A stretch of 64,000 nt of DNA from contig JAWLHJ010000003.1 of NCBI GenBank assembly GCA_041690395.1, positions 128,001 through 192,000 of the forward strand, written 5' to 3'. The notes under the pieces were generated by a model. It ran no database searches and had not been told where the DNA came from. It saw only the letters and a program-made list of their open reading frames with translations. Made by a program: the position numbers and the translations under genes. Position 1 is the first letter of the stretch. Every line of letters begins with the position of its first letter. The DNA is from Longimicrobiales bacterium. GTDB taxonomy: Bacteria; Gemmatimonadota; Gemmatimonadetes; Longimicrobiales; Gaopeijiaceae. This document shows positions 12,666-22,132 of this stretch, piece after piece.

Positions 12666-15198
12666 GCGATCACGAAAGGGAAGGGGACGCAACGCGTCAG
12701 GCGGCACGGGGTCGAATGGCTCCGCGAACGGCGCGTCCGCGGGGGATGGTCCGCGCGACACGTCCGGGCGGCTCCCGCTCTGGCTCCCCGCCGGGCTTTT
12801 CGTCGCGCTCGGGCTCTTCGTCTTCCGCGACTTCGTGTTCAGCGACCGGATGCTCTTCGGCAGCGACACGCTCGGCCTCGGTTACGTCGCCCGTGCCTTC
12901 TACGCGGAGGCGCTGACGGAGCTGGGCACGTTCCCGCGGTGGGCGCCGCTCATTCTCGGGGGCACACCATTCCTGGAGGCGCTCTCGGGCGGCGACTCGC
13001 TCTATCCCCCGTCGCTCGCGCTGCTCATGCTGTTGGAGCCGTACCGGGCACTCGGCTGGAAGCTCGTCATCCACGTCATTGCTGCCGGCTTCTTCATGTT
13101 TGGCTGGGTGCGCGCGCTCGGAGCCTCGCGGGGCGCCGCGCTGCTCGGCGGAACGGCGTACATGCTCGCGCCGTTCTTCGTGAGCCTGGTCCACCCCGGC
13201 CACGACGGCAAGATGTTCGTCACGGCCCTCGCGCCGCTCCTCTTCTGGGCCGTGGAGCGGCACTTCGTGCGGGCGAGCCTGAAGAGCTTCGCGTCCATCG
13301 CGCTGGTCGTGGGGCTCATCCTGCTGACGACACACTTCCAGATGGCCTACTTCCTGTTCGGGGGCGTCGGGCTGTTCGCGATCTTCCGGACGGTTCAGGT
13401 AGCCCGGACGGCCCGTGAGACGACGGAATCCACCGGATCCAGTAACTCCAGCGGCTGGGTCCGCTCACCGGCCGCCTCGCGGTTCGCGCTCTTCCTCGGA
13501 GCGTCGTTGGTCGGCGCCGGTGTGGGCGGGGTCCAGCTCCTCCCGGCCGTCGACTACGTGACGGAGCACTCGCGGCGCGTCCAGACCACGCGGACGGCGT
13601 CCGGCGAGACCGGCGTCGACTGGTCGAGCTCCTGGTCCATCCACCCGGAGGAGGCGCTGTCGCTGGTCGTGCCCGAGTTCGCGGGCAACAACGCCGGTGG
13701 CGCCGCCTGGGCGGACAACACGTACTGGGGCCGCAACCCGTTCAAGGACAACCACGAGTACGCGGGCCTCATCGTCCTCCTGCTGGCTGCGGTCTCGTTC
13801 GCCGGCGGGGCCAGACCGGGGGTCCGTCGCTTCTTCCTCGGGCTCGGCGCGCTCGCGCTGCTTTTCGCTCTCGGCGCCAACACCCCCGTCTGGCGCGTCT
13901 TCTACGAGATCGTCCCGGGGATCCGGCTCTTCCGGGCGCCCTCCCAGGCGCTCTTCCTCTTCGGCTTCGCGGCCGTCACGCTCGCGGCACTCGGGACGGA
14001 TCGCCTTCTCGAGCTGGCGCGACGGCGCGACGACCCCGCCTGGGGAAAGGCGCTCAAGATCCTCGGTGGGATCACCGGCGGGCTCTTCCTGCTCGCGCTG
14101 CTCGTCAGCTCGGGCAGCTTCACCACGGTGTGGACGTCGACCATCTACGATCAGGTGCACCCGCAGCGTCTCGAAGTCATGCGAGGCCTCCTGCCGTACA
14201 TGACGCGGGGAGCCTGGGTCGCCGTGCTCCTCGCAGGCCTCACCACGGGCCTGGCGTGGGCGGCGCGACGGGGTGCGCTTTCGGGCTCGGCCCTCCTGGT
14301 CGGCCTCGTCACCCTGGCGGCAGTGGATGCCGTCCGTGTCGACTCGGCCTTCGTCGAGACGCTGGACTTCGACGAGTGGGCCGCCCCTGACCGGAACATC
14401 CAGGCCGTGCTCGACCGGGAGCGCGGGAGCGACGAGCCCTACCGCCTCCTGTCGTTCCGCCGTCAGGGCCAGGACGTTCGTCCGGCGCTACACGGAATCG
14501 AGCTCGCCGCGGGCCATCACCCGAACGACCTGGCGCGCTACCGCGAGCTCATCGGCATGGTCGGATCGTCGTTCCCGGAGAACCTCCTGAATCCGAACAT
14601 CCGCCGGATCCTGAACGTCCGCTACATCCTCTGGCCCGATCTCGAGATCGGGCAGTCGGTCGAGGGACCGGTCGTGTCCCGGACCACACTGGCGGACGGG
14701 CGCGTGTTGGAGACCATGCTGGCGGACGACGGCCTGCCGCGCGCGCGCCTGGTCGGTCAGTTCGTCGTCCGCGAGGACGATGAGGCAGTGGATTATCTGA
14801 TGTCCCCGGCGTTCGACCCGGCAGCCGAGGTGGTTCTCACCGAGGCGCCGCCGCGCGCTCCCGCCGGCCGGCCCGTCGAAGGGAGCGTCACCTGGCTGGA
14901 ACGCAGCCCGAACCGGATGCGGCTCGCCGTCGAGTCCGACGGCCCCGCGCTGCTCGTGATCGCAGACAACTGGTATCCGGCCTGGCGCGCCACCGTGAAC
15001 GAGGCGGAGGCCCCGGTCCTACGGGCCTACCACACGCTTCGCGCCGTGCCGGTCCCCGAAGGCGCTTCGTCGGTCGAGCTCGTCTACCGTTCGGGTATCG
15101 TCACGTGGAGCCTCTGGATGAGCGTTCTGCTCACGGCCGGCCTCCTGGTCGCCCTCGGCCTGGGCCTGCGCCCGAGCGCGCGGACCGGTGAGCCCTGA
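12658..15198 (+). CDS. YfhO-family polytopic membrane protein (probable GT-C)
   Basis: 846 aa, many TM segments, WAPLILGGTP, FRAP, C-terminal DNWYPAWRATVN...YHTLRAV. Confidence 0.8.
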   Translation: MAERSRKGRGRNASGGTGSNGSANGASAGDGPRDTSGRLPLWLPAGLFVALGLFVFRDFVFSDRMLFGSDTLGLGYVARAFYAEALTELGTFPRWAPLILGGTPFLEALSGGDSLYPPSLALLMLLEPYRALGWKLVIHVIAAGFFMFGWVRALGASRGAALLGGTAYMLAPFFVSLVHPGHDGKMFVTALAPLLFWAVERHFVRASLKSFASIALVVGLILLTTHFQMAYFLFGGVGLFAIFRTVQVARTARETTESTGSSNSSGWVRSPAASRFALFLGASLVGAGVGGVQLLPAVDYVTEHSRRVQTTRTASGETGVDWSSSWSIHPEEALSLVVPEFAGNNAGGAAWADNTYWGRNPFKDNHEYAGLIVLLLAAVSFAGGARPGVRRFFLGLGALALLFALGANTPVWRVFYEIVPGIRLFRAPSQALFLFGFAAVTLAALGTDRLLELARRRDDPAWGKALKILGGITGGLFLLALLVSSGSFTTVWTSTIYDQVHPQRLEVMRGLLPYMTRGAWVAVLLAGLTTGLAWAARRGALSGSALLVGLVTLAAVDAVRVDSAFVETLDFDEWAAPDRNIQAVLDRERGSDEPYRLLSFRRQGQDVRPALHGIELAAGHHPNDLARYRELIGMVGSSFPENLLNPNIRRILNVRYILWPDLEIGQSVEGPVVSRTTLADGRVLETMLADDGLPRARLVGQFVVREDDEAVDYLMSPAFDPAAEVVLTEAPPRAPAGRPVEGSVTWLERSPNRMRLAVESDGPALLVIADNWYPAWRATVNEAEAPVLRAYHTLRAVPVPEGASSVELVYRSGIVTWSLWMSVLLTAGLLVALGLGLRPSARTGEP

Positions 15199-16127
15199 AG
15201 ACCTGGGCGCTTCGCGCGGGCCAGCTCGCGCTCACGGCGCTCGTCACGTGGTTCATCGTGGCGCGCATGGGTCCCGGGATCTCGGAGCTGCGCGCCCTGG
15301 GTCCCGGGAGCTGGCAGCTCCGGGCCCTCCCGCTCGCGGCGTCCGTGGTCGCCCTGTCCGCCGCGTATTTCATGTCCGCCGCGATCTGGGGTCGCATCGT
15401 GTCCGACCTCGGAGGGCCGACGCTCGCCCCCCGTGTCTCGGTTCCGCTCTTCATGGTGGCCAACCTGGGCCGGTACCTGCCCGGGAAGGTCTGGCAGATT
15501 GCGGGGCTCGCAGCGCTCGCCAGCCGCAGGGGCGTCGCCGTGGCGACCGCGACGGCGGCCGCGGTCGCGGGGCAGGGGGCCGCGCTTCTCGCCGCGACGG
15601 CGCTCGGCACCGTGGCCCTGCTGCGGAGCCCTGCGCCCTACCCGATGTGGGGGCTGGTCGCGCTCGGACTCGTCGTCACGGCACTCGCATTGGCGTCTGT
15701 TCCCGCGGTCTACGCACGAGTGCTGGGAGCCTGGTTCCGCCTCGCTCGCGCGGAGCGGCCCGATGTCATGACGCCGACACAGGGCCTCGTCTGGCTCCTT
15801 CTCACCCTGGGCAGCTGGGTCGTCTACGCGGGGTCGTTCTGGCTGCTCGCGGTAGGGCTCGGCCTGGACCTCTCTCCGGTGACGGCCGGATCTTCGTTCG
15901 CTGCTGCATACGTGCTGGGATATCTGATGGTGTTCGCGCCCGCCGGCCTCGGGCCGCGAGAAGGGTTCCTGATCCTCTTCCTGGCGCCGCAGGTGGGCGC
16001 CGGTCCGGCGGGCATGGTCGCCGTCGCTGCTCGGGTGTGGACCACGCTCGTGGAGGTCGTCCCGGCGGGAGCCTTCTGGGTCGCGGGGGCCGCGGGCGTG
16101 AGGGGAGCGAGGAGGAGTGATGGCTGA
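15195..16127 (+). CDS. Lysylphosphatidylglycerol-synthase-TM / flippase-like membrane protein (start CTG 15195 or GTG 15258)
   Basis: NLGRYLPGKVW and PAGLGPREG motifs, multiple TM helices. Confidence 0.8.
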   Translation: MKTWALRAGQLALTALVTWFIVARMGPGISELRALGPGSWQLRALPLAASVVALSAAYFMSAAIWGRIVSDLGGPTLAPRVSVPLFMVANLGRYLPGKVWQIAGLAALASRRGVAVATATAAAVAGQGAALLAATALGTVALLRSPAPYPMWGLVALGLVVTALALASVPAVYARVLGAWFRLARAERPDVMTPTQGLVWLLLTLGSWVVYAGSFWLLAVGLGLDLSPVTAGSSFAAAYVLGYLMVFAPAGLGPREGFLILFLAPQVGAGPAGMVAVAARVWTTLVEVVPAGAFWVAGAAGVRGARRSDG

Positions 16128-16845
16128 GGAACGCTTCCTGGTGATCGTCCCGACGTACAACGAGATCGACAGCCTTCCGAGGAAGGTGCCGTTGATTCTC
16201 GAGCAGGACCCGCGCGTCGAGGTGCTGGTGGTCGACGACGCCTCACCGGACGGCACTGGCGTGCTGGCCGACGACCTGGCGCGACAGAATCCACGCGTGC
16301 ACGTGCTGCACCGGGCGGGCAAGGAAGGGTTGGGCCCGGCCTACCTCGCCGGCTTCCGTTGGGGCCTCGAACGATCGTACGATCTCCTCTTCGAGATGGA
16401 CGCCGACATCTCGCACCCGCCCGAAGCGCTCCCGCGCATGATCGATCTGTCCGGGGCGTTCGACGTCGTCGTAGGCTCACGCTACGTCGATGGGCGCGTG
16501 ACCGTATCGAACTGGCCCATGAGCCGGCTGCTCGTGAGCTACTTCGGGTCATGGTACGCCCGCACGATCACGGGCATGCCGGTGCGTGACGCCACGGGCG
16601 GCTTCAACGGCTGGCGGCGGCGGGTCCTCGAGGCCGTCGACCTCGATCGTGTCCAGTCGAACGGCTACGCCTTCCAGATCGAGCTCAAGTACCGCGCGTT
16701 CCGGAAGGGCTTCAAGCTCGTCGAGACGCCCATCCTGTTCACCGAGCGGGACTTCGGTGAGTCCAAGATGTCGAAGAAGATCGTTCGGGAGGCCATCTGG
16801 CGGGTCTGGTGGCTGCGCCTCCAGGCGATCTTCGGGCGGCTGTGA
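16120..16845 (+). CDS. Polyprenol monophosphomannose synthase (DPM1/Ppm1-like GT2)
   Basis: IVPTYNE, VDDASPDGTG, KEGLGPAY, MDADISH, DATGGF, GYAFQIE, GESKMS. Confidence 0.9.
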   Translation: MAEERFLVIVPTYNEIDSLPRKVPLILEQDPRVEVLVVDDASPDGTGVLADDLARQNPRVHVLHRAGKEGLGPAYLAGFRWGLERSYDLLFEMDADISHPPEALPRMIDLSGAFDVVVGSRYVDGRVTVSNWPMSRLLVSYFGSWYARTITGMPVRDATGGFNGWRRRVLEAVDLDRVQSNGYAFQIELKYRAFRKGFKLVETPILFTERDFGESKMSKKIVREAIWRVWWLRLQAIFGRL

Positions 16846-16870
16846 GCATCGTGATGTCTGGAGGTCGAGC

Positions 16871-17620
16871 GTGAGCGGCAAGGAGATCGATCGGGAGTAC
16901 TACGACTCGAGCGACTACTTCGAGGGCAAGGGAGCCGAGCACATCGTCGACGTCGACTCGCCGTTCCAGCGCTACCGCCTCCAGAAGGTCCTCGAGATCC
17001 ACGAGCCCCGGACCGGCGCCCGAGTCGTGGACCTCGGATGCGGGTGGGGAACCTTCTCGTTCGCGCTCGCCGAGCGGGGCCTCGAAGTCGTGGGAGTCGA
17101 CTTCAGCCGACGCTCCATCGACTTCTGCGAAGCCCGCCAGGAGGCGGGCGACGTGCCCGGGCTGTCTTTCTTGTGCGCGGACGCGGGAGATACGGGGCTC
17201 GCCGGCGGAGCTTGGGACGTGGTCATCGCTGCGGATCTCTTCGAGCACCTGTATCCGGACGACTCGGCGAGGGTGGCGCGTGAAGCGTTCCGCCTCCTGA
17301 AGCCGGGCGGATGCTTCAGCACCTGGACGCCGCATCGTGGCCACATCCTCGAGATCCTCAAGAACAACGAGATTTTCCTCTCGCGCGACGTCACCCACGT
17401 CGATTACAAGTCGATGGGCCGGATGCGGAGCCTGCTGGAGGACGCGGGCTTCCAGATCGAGAAGGCGTATTTCGCGGAGTCGCACGTTCCAGGCCTTCGG
17501 ACCGCGGAACGACTGTTGCAGGGGTGGGTGCCCATGCTGAGACGGCGGATCGCGGTGCTCGGGCGCAAGCCGCTGGAGTCCGCGACGACCGGCGACGGAA
17601 CCCGACGACCCGCCGCATGA
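16871..17620 (+). CDS. Class I SAM-dependent methyltransferase
   Basis: VDLGCGWG, VVGVDFS, DLFEHL; GGAGG RBS before GTG 16871. Confidence 0.85.
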   Translation: MSGKEIDREYYDSSDYFEGKGAEHIVDVDSPFQRYRLQKVLEIHEPRTGARVVDLGCGWGTFSFALAERGLEVVGVDFSRRSIDFCEARQEAGDVPGLSFLCADAGDTGLAGGAWDVVIAADLFEHLYPDDSARVAREAFRLLKPGGCFSTWTPHRGHILEILKNNEIFLSRDVTHVDYKSMGRMRSLLEDAGFQIEKAYFAESHVPGLRTAERLLQGWVPMLRRRIAVLGRKPLESATTGDGTRRPAA

Positions 17621-18117
17621 GCTGGGAGATCGAGCGTCGCTTCCTGGTGCGCGTGTCCCCGGACGGATGGGAGGCCCTGGGACCTGGGCGTCCCTTACGC
17701 CAGGGATACGTCGTCGCGGGGCCGCGCACGGTGCGGATTCGGGTCGGAGAGGAGCGTGGACCCGTCCTCACGTGCAAGAGCGGCTCGGGGGTGCGCCGGC
17801 GCGAGGTGGAGCAAACGGTGACGGAGGAGATGGCCGCGGCGCTCTTCGAGGTCGCCGGCGGGCGGGTCATTGAGAAGGTCCGGCATCGGTCGGGGGCCTG
17901 GGAGGTCGATCGCTTCACGGGCCCGCTCACGGGGTTGGCGCTCCTGGAGATCGAGCTCGACGACCCCGACGCCTTGCTGCCAGAGTGGCCGGACGCCGTC
18001 TCGGTATTACGTGAGGTGACGACCGATAACCGATTCACTAGCAGTGGCTTGGCATCTTTGACCGAAGAGAAACAGGAGCGATGGGTGAACGACGTGTACA
18101 GGGAAGCGGAAGGATGA
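17617..18117 (+). CDS. CYTH-domain protein (adenylate cyclase/triphosphatase family)
   Basis: EIERRFLV, RQGY, IEKVR, WEVDRF, EIEL. Confidence 0.88.
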   Translation: MSWEIERRFLVRVSPDGWEALGPGRPLRQGYVVAGPRTVRIRVGEERGPVLTCKSGSGVRRREVEQTVTEEMAAALFEVAGGRVIEKVRHRSGAWEVDRFTGPLTGLALLEIELDDPDALLPEWPDAVSVLREVTTDNRFTSSGLASLTEEKQERWVNDVYREAEG

Positions 18118-18638
18118 GCCGCATCGGTGCGGCCATGGTCGTCGTGCTCGCCGGCGCGGGCTGTACGATGGTCGGGTCTCCGGAGCTCGTGTCGCCGCCG
18201 CCCGCGCCGTCCGATATCGCGAACGCGGTCCCGCGCGTGGAGCCACCCGCCCGCCAGGGCAACATGGCCCAGTACGAGCAGAGCGGGAGGCAATACCACG
18301 TCATGGACAGCTCGTACCTGTACGACGAGCGCGGCGTGGCGTCGTGGTACGGGAACGACTTCCACGGGCGTCCCACGAGCAGCGGCGAAGCCTACGACAT
18401 GAACCTGATGACCGCCGCGCACCGGACGCTTCCGTTACCGACCTACGTGGAGGTCACGAACCTCGCGAACGGGAGGACCGCGATCGTCCGGGTGAACGAT
18501 CGCGGGCCGTTCCACGACCCGGACAGCCGAATCATCGACGTGTCGTACGCGGCAGCCGTCAAGCTGGGTATGGTGGGGTCCGGGACGACGCCCGTACGGG
18601 TCCGGGCGCTGGAGCCGTGGCAGACACGGGTCCCATGA
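18114..18638 (+). CDS. rlpA: Septal ring lytic transglycosylase RlpA-family lipoprotein (DPBB domain only)
   Basis: Lipobox AGAGC, GVASWYG, TAAHRTLP, VRVNDRGPF, IIDVSYAAA. Confidence 0.9.
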   Translation: MSRIGAAMVVVLAGAGCTMVGSPELVSPPPAPSDIANAVPRVEPPARQGNMAQYEQSGRQYHVMDSSYLYDERGVASWYGNDFHGRPTSSGEAYDMNLMTAAHRTLPLPTYVEVTNLANGRTAIVRVNDRGPFHDPDSRIIDVSYAAAVKLGMVGSGTTPVRVRALEPWQTRVP

Positions 18639-18761
18639 TCAGCGGACGAAGGCACCGTTCGGGAAGGGGGACTCGTCGTCCTGCACGGCGTGAGCGTGAT
18701 GCCGGCGGAGGTGGGGTATCGGGCCGGAGCGGCCGTCGGATACTCACCCCTCCAACTCCGA

Positions 18762-18789
18762 ATGCAACATAATATGTATTATGCGAAGG
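18762..18789 (-). other. dif: dif-like XerC/XerD recombination site
   Basis: Minus strand reads CCTTCGCATAA TACATA TTATGTTGCAT vs E. coli GGTGCGCATAA TGTATA TTATGTTAAAT; AT-rich, intergenic, between convergent genes. Confidence 0.8.
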
Positions 18790-18801
18790 TACGTTGGGCA
18801 T

Positions 18802-18842
18802 AAAAACGCCCGCCCAGGAGGCCTCGCGGGTCCTGAACGGGC
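18802..18842 (-). terminator. Probable intrinsic terminator
   Basis: Imperfect hairpin gcccg..cagga/tcctg..cgggc followed by a T-run on the minus strand, downstream of the 18877-19572 gene. Confidence 0.5.
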
Positions 18843-18876
18843 TGCTGCGATCTCTACCGCATCGCTGCGAAGAGGC

Positions 18877-19572
18877 TCAGGTGTTCTGGCGCGCTTCCAG
18901 CTCCGCGATCCGCATCTCGAAGTGTCCGCGCAGCGGATCGCCCTCTTCGAGGCGGTCCCGCGCACGCTCGTAGAGCTCGATGGCACCCGTGACGTTGCCT
19001 TGGTCGGCGCGAATCCGGGCCGCCGATGAGAGTGCCTCACCGACCTGGAACGAGAGCTCCGACCGATCCGCGATCCTGAGGTAGGTCGCCTCGGCGTCGG
19101 CCCACGCTTCCTCCTGCTCGTACGCCTTCGCGAGCAGCATGGCGGCCTGGAGCTCGATCGGATCGCGCGGGCGGGAGCCGATGGGCTCGAGCACGGCCTC
19201 GGCCTGCTGTGCCTGACCTTGCCGCAGATAGAGGTCGCCGAGTAGCAGGCGGGCTTCGCCTTCGTACGCCGTGCTTCCGTAGCGCTCGAGGAACGTCACC
19301 AGCTGGTCGCGCGCGCCCTGTTCGTCCTGGATCGCGATCGACTGATGGACGGCTTCGAGCGACTGGGCCGCCTGTTGGTCCATCGATCGCCGATAGTTGC
19401 CGTAGTAGATCACCCCCGCTACGGCGATCACCGCGAGCACCCCCAGGACGGTCATGACCTGCTGGTTGGCCTGGGCCCACTTGCCGAGCTCCAGGACCCG
19501 CGCGATGAAGAGATCGTCGGGCTCACCTTCGCTCTGCTTGTTCCGGCTCTGACCGGGTTGCCGCTTGGACAT
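18877..19572 (-). CDS. Membrane-anchored TPR protein (YfgM-like)
   Basis: Single N-terminal TM helix followed by TPR-like helices (EARLLLGDLYL, AAMLLAKAYE). Confidence 0.7.
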   Translation of the reverse strand: MSKRQPGQSRNKQSEGEPDDLFIARVLELGKWAQANQQVMTVLGVLAVIAVAGVIYYGNYRRSMDQQAAQSLEAVHQSIAIQDEQGARDQLVTFLERYGSTAYEGEARLLLGDLYLRQGQAQQAEAVLEPIGSRPRDPIELQAAMLLAKAYEQEEAWADAEATYLRIADRSELSFQVGEALSSAARIRADQGNVTGAIELYERARDRLEEGDPLRGHFEMRIAELEARQNT

Positions 19573-19726
19573 GGACGAGGTCCGCTGAGGGTTCGTGAGG
19601 GGGCGCCACCGGGTTGGTGAAGCGGCTGAAAAGCTAGGTGTGGGGCCGATCCCGGTCAACGAGGGATTGGCATGGCGGCGCGCGGTCACGAGGTTCCGAA
19701 ACCATACCATCAAAGGAGCAAGCTCA

Positions 19727-20098
19727 ATGGAACGGGTCTTCCTGGGACTGGGCGCCGCGTTCGCGGGGCTGGCCGTCGCGCTCGGCGCATTCGGCGCGCA
19801 CGCCCTGCGGGCGACGCTGAGTGAGCAGGACCTCGCGACCTTCGAGACCGGGGCGCGCTATCAGATGTATCACGCGCTCGCATTGATCGCGGTGGCTTGG
19901 GCCGTCGGACGCTGGCCCGGCGTGACCTCGATCACCGCGGCGGGCTGGTCGTTCGTCGTGGGTATCCTCGTCTTCTCGGGCAGCCTTTACGTGCTGGTGT
20001 TGGCCGGCCAGCGGTGGCTAGGCGCGGTGACGCCGCTCGGTGGCGTGGCGTTCCTCGTGGGCTGGCTGCTCCTTCTCTGGTCCACGTTCCGAGCATGA
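19727..20098 (+). CDS. DUF423 (YgdD/TMEM256) membrane protein
   Basis: LGAFGAH, YQMYHALA, FSGSLY, GAVTPLGG; AAGGAG RBS. Confidence 0.9.
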   Translation: MERVFLGLGAAFAGLAVALGAFGAHALRATLSEQDLATFETGARYQMYHALALIAVAWAVGRWPGVTSITAAGWSFVVGILVFSGSLYVLVLAGQRWLGAVTPLGGVAFLVGWLLLLWSTFRA

Positions 20099-20889
20099 CG
20101 GGTCGGCGGGCCGAGGCCCGTGAGCTCCTGGCCAATGCCGAACGGGTCGTCGTGCTGACCGGCGCGGGCGTTTCCGCCGAGTCCGGGGTGCCGACCTTCC
20201 GGGACGCCACGACCGGGCTCTGGCGCTCCCATCGGCCTGAAGACCTCGCGACACCGGAGGCGTTCCGTCGCGATCCGGAGCTCGTCTGGTCCTGGTACCA
20301 GTGGCGGCGCCGGCTGGTCGGCCGGTGCGAGCCGAACGCCGGGCACCTGGCCATCGCCCGTTTCGCCCTCGCGCACGGCAACGTGGACCTGGTCACCCAG
20401 AACGTCGACGGGCTGCACCACCGGGCGGCTCTCGCGGCCGCCCTGGAGACGTCACCCCCGAAGGACCCCCTGCCCGCTTTCCCCACCGAGCTCCACGGCG
20501 CCCTCATGCGCGACCGCTGCTCCGGATGCGGTCTGCGAAGCGACGGGGCGCCGCCGGACGGGCCCGAGGTCGGTCCCGACGAGCGCGTGCCCGTCGTCCA
20601 CTGCTCGGAGTGCGACGCCCTGCTCCGTCCGGACGTCGTCTGGTTCGGGGAGGCGCTCGACGCCTCGGCTCTGGAGGATGCATTCACGGCCGCCGGCACG
20701 GCGGACGTCTGCCTCGTGGTCGGCACGAGCTCGCTCGTCTATCCCGCAGCCGGGATCCCGCGGGCCGCGCTCGGGGCGGACCGGCCGGTGATCGAGGTGA
20801 ATATGGAGACCACCCCGCTCACCCCGCACGCGACCTACACGCTCAACGGGCCCGCGGGGCGCATCCTACCCGAGTTGCTCGCGACCTGA
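20095..20889 (+). CDS. cobB: NAD-dependent protein deacylase (sirtuin)
   Basis: TGAGVSAESGVPTFR, TQNVDGLH, ELHG, CxxC..CxxC, RPDVVWFGE, GTS. Confidence 0.9.
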   Translation: MTGRRAEARELLANAERVVVLTGAGVSAESGVPTFRDATTGLWRSHRPEDLATPEAFRRDPELVWSWYQWRRRLVGRCEPNAGHLAIARFALAHGNVDLVTQNVDGLHHRAALAAALETSPPKDPLPAFPTELHGALMRDRCSGCGLRSDGAPPDGPEVGPDERVPVVHCSECDALLRPDVVWFGEALDASALEDAFTAAGTADVCLVVGTSSLVYPAAGIPRAALGADRPVIEVNMETTPLTPHATYTLNGPAGRILPELLAT

Positions 20890-20946
20890 CGGCGCGCCGG
20901 GGGGGCATCAGCCGCCGTCGGCGCGCCCCACCCCACTCGTCTCGCC

Positions 20947-21969
20947 TCAGCGCTCGGTCGCGCCACGTGCGAGCTCGGCCTCGGCCGCCTGGTATCCGAA
21001 GGCAGACCACTGGCTCCGCCCCTCGAGGATGTTCCGGAACGTCGCTTCCGCGTCCTCGAGCCGCCCCTCCACCAGGTGCCAGGCGCCGATTCCGTACGCC
21101 ATGGTCGTACCCTGCAGCGTCGCCTGCCCGCCATCGGGCCCGGTCAGGTCCTCGAGGGTGCGCTCACCCTTGAAGAGAAGGAGCAGGTCGAGATAGGCCG
21201 TGCTCTCGATGATCTCCATATCCTCGTCGATGGTCTCGAGTAGCGCCGCGGCCTCCTGGTCCTGGCCGAGCCTCCGGAGCGTCAGGTACAGCCAATACGA
21301 GGTCGCCACCACGGAATCGGGGTGGACGGAGACGTCCAGACACGCCCGATACGCCTCCTCGGCCGCCTCGAAGTCACCACGCAAGTAATGCGCGAGGCCG
21401 AGGTGGTACCAGATGTTGAAGTGGAGCGTGCTCGTGGGCGTGTTCATCGCGTTCGGAAGCCCGTCCGGCTCCACTTCGTCCTCGGTGCCCTCGATGAGCT
21501 CGACGGCGCGCTCGAAGTCGGCGATCGCCTTGCTGGGCTCCCGCACGCTCAGGTACCGGTGGCCCCGATGCCGGTAGAGACGAGCGTCCTCGGGGTGCAG
21601 CGACATGGCGTGCGTGAAGATGTCGATCGCTTCCCGGTACTGCCCGAGATACGCGGTCCGCCGTCCCATCCAGATCAACGCGTCGACATCGTTCGGATCG
21701 GCGGCGAGGTCGGCCTCGGCCTCCGCGTAGCGCGCCAGGTAGGTCTCACGGACGGATTCGGGGAGCTCCGGCGCCGTCAGCGTGTCGCCGAGGAAAGAGA
21801 TCGCCTCCGCCCCCGCCGGAACGCTCGATGTCTCCTGAAGGCCCGACGCCACCGTTGCGGACGTCTCCGAAGCGCCGGGAGCCCCGCCGTCGTCAGGGGC
21901 GTCGCCCCCGCAGGCACTCAGGATCAGAAGCGCGGGAGCCGTCAGAAGTCGCCGGATTCGAAACGCCAT
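20947..21969 (-). CDS. TPR lipoprotein
   Basis: Lipobox LSAC, TPR-like repeats (LYRHRGHRYL, WYHLGLAHYL). Confidence 0.8.
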   Translation of the reverse strand: MAFRIRRLLTAPALLILSACGGDAPDDGGAPGASETSATVASGLQETSSVPAGAEAISFLGDTLTAPELPESVRETYLARYAEAEADLAADPNDVDALIWMGRRTAYLGQYREAIDIFTHAMSLHPEDARLYRHRGHRYLSVREPSKAIADFERAVELIEGTEDEVEPDGLPNAMNTPTSTLHFNIWYHLGLAHYLRGDFEAAEEAYRACLDVSVHPDSVVATSYWLYLTLRRLGQDQEAAALLETIDEDMEIIESTAYLDLLLLFKGERTLEDLTGPDGGQATLQGTTMAYGIGAWHLVEGRLEDAEATFRNILEGRSQWSAFGYQAAEAELARGATER

Positions 21970-22132
21970 GGGTGCCTCAACGTGGGTGGAGCGATGAACG
22001 GATCCCGGCAAGCTGCGCTGCGGAAGCGCTCGCCACAATGGCGCACAGGTACCTCCAAGGCATCGCGCGGGATATCTTTTCTGGCTGATCCATCCGCGAA
22101 CCCACGTCCCGAGACCAAACCCGAGCCTCTCG

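Noticed and set aside
18639..18876. 6S RNA or other ncRNA in the convergent gap
   Set aside because: The hairpins are explained as terminator-like elements and the AT-rich core as dif; no long 6S-like rod structure seen.
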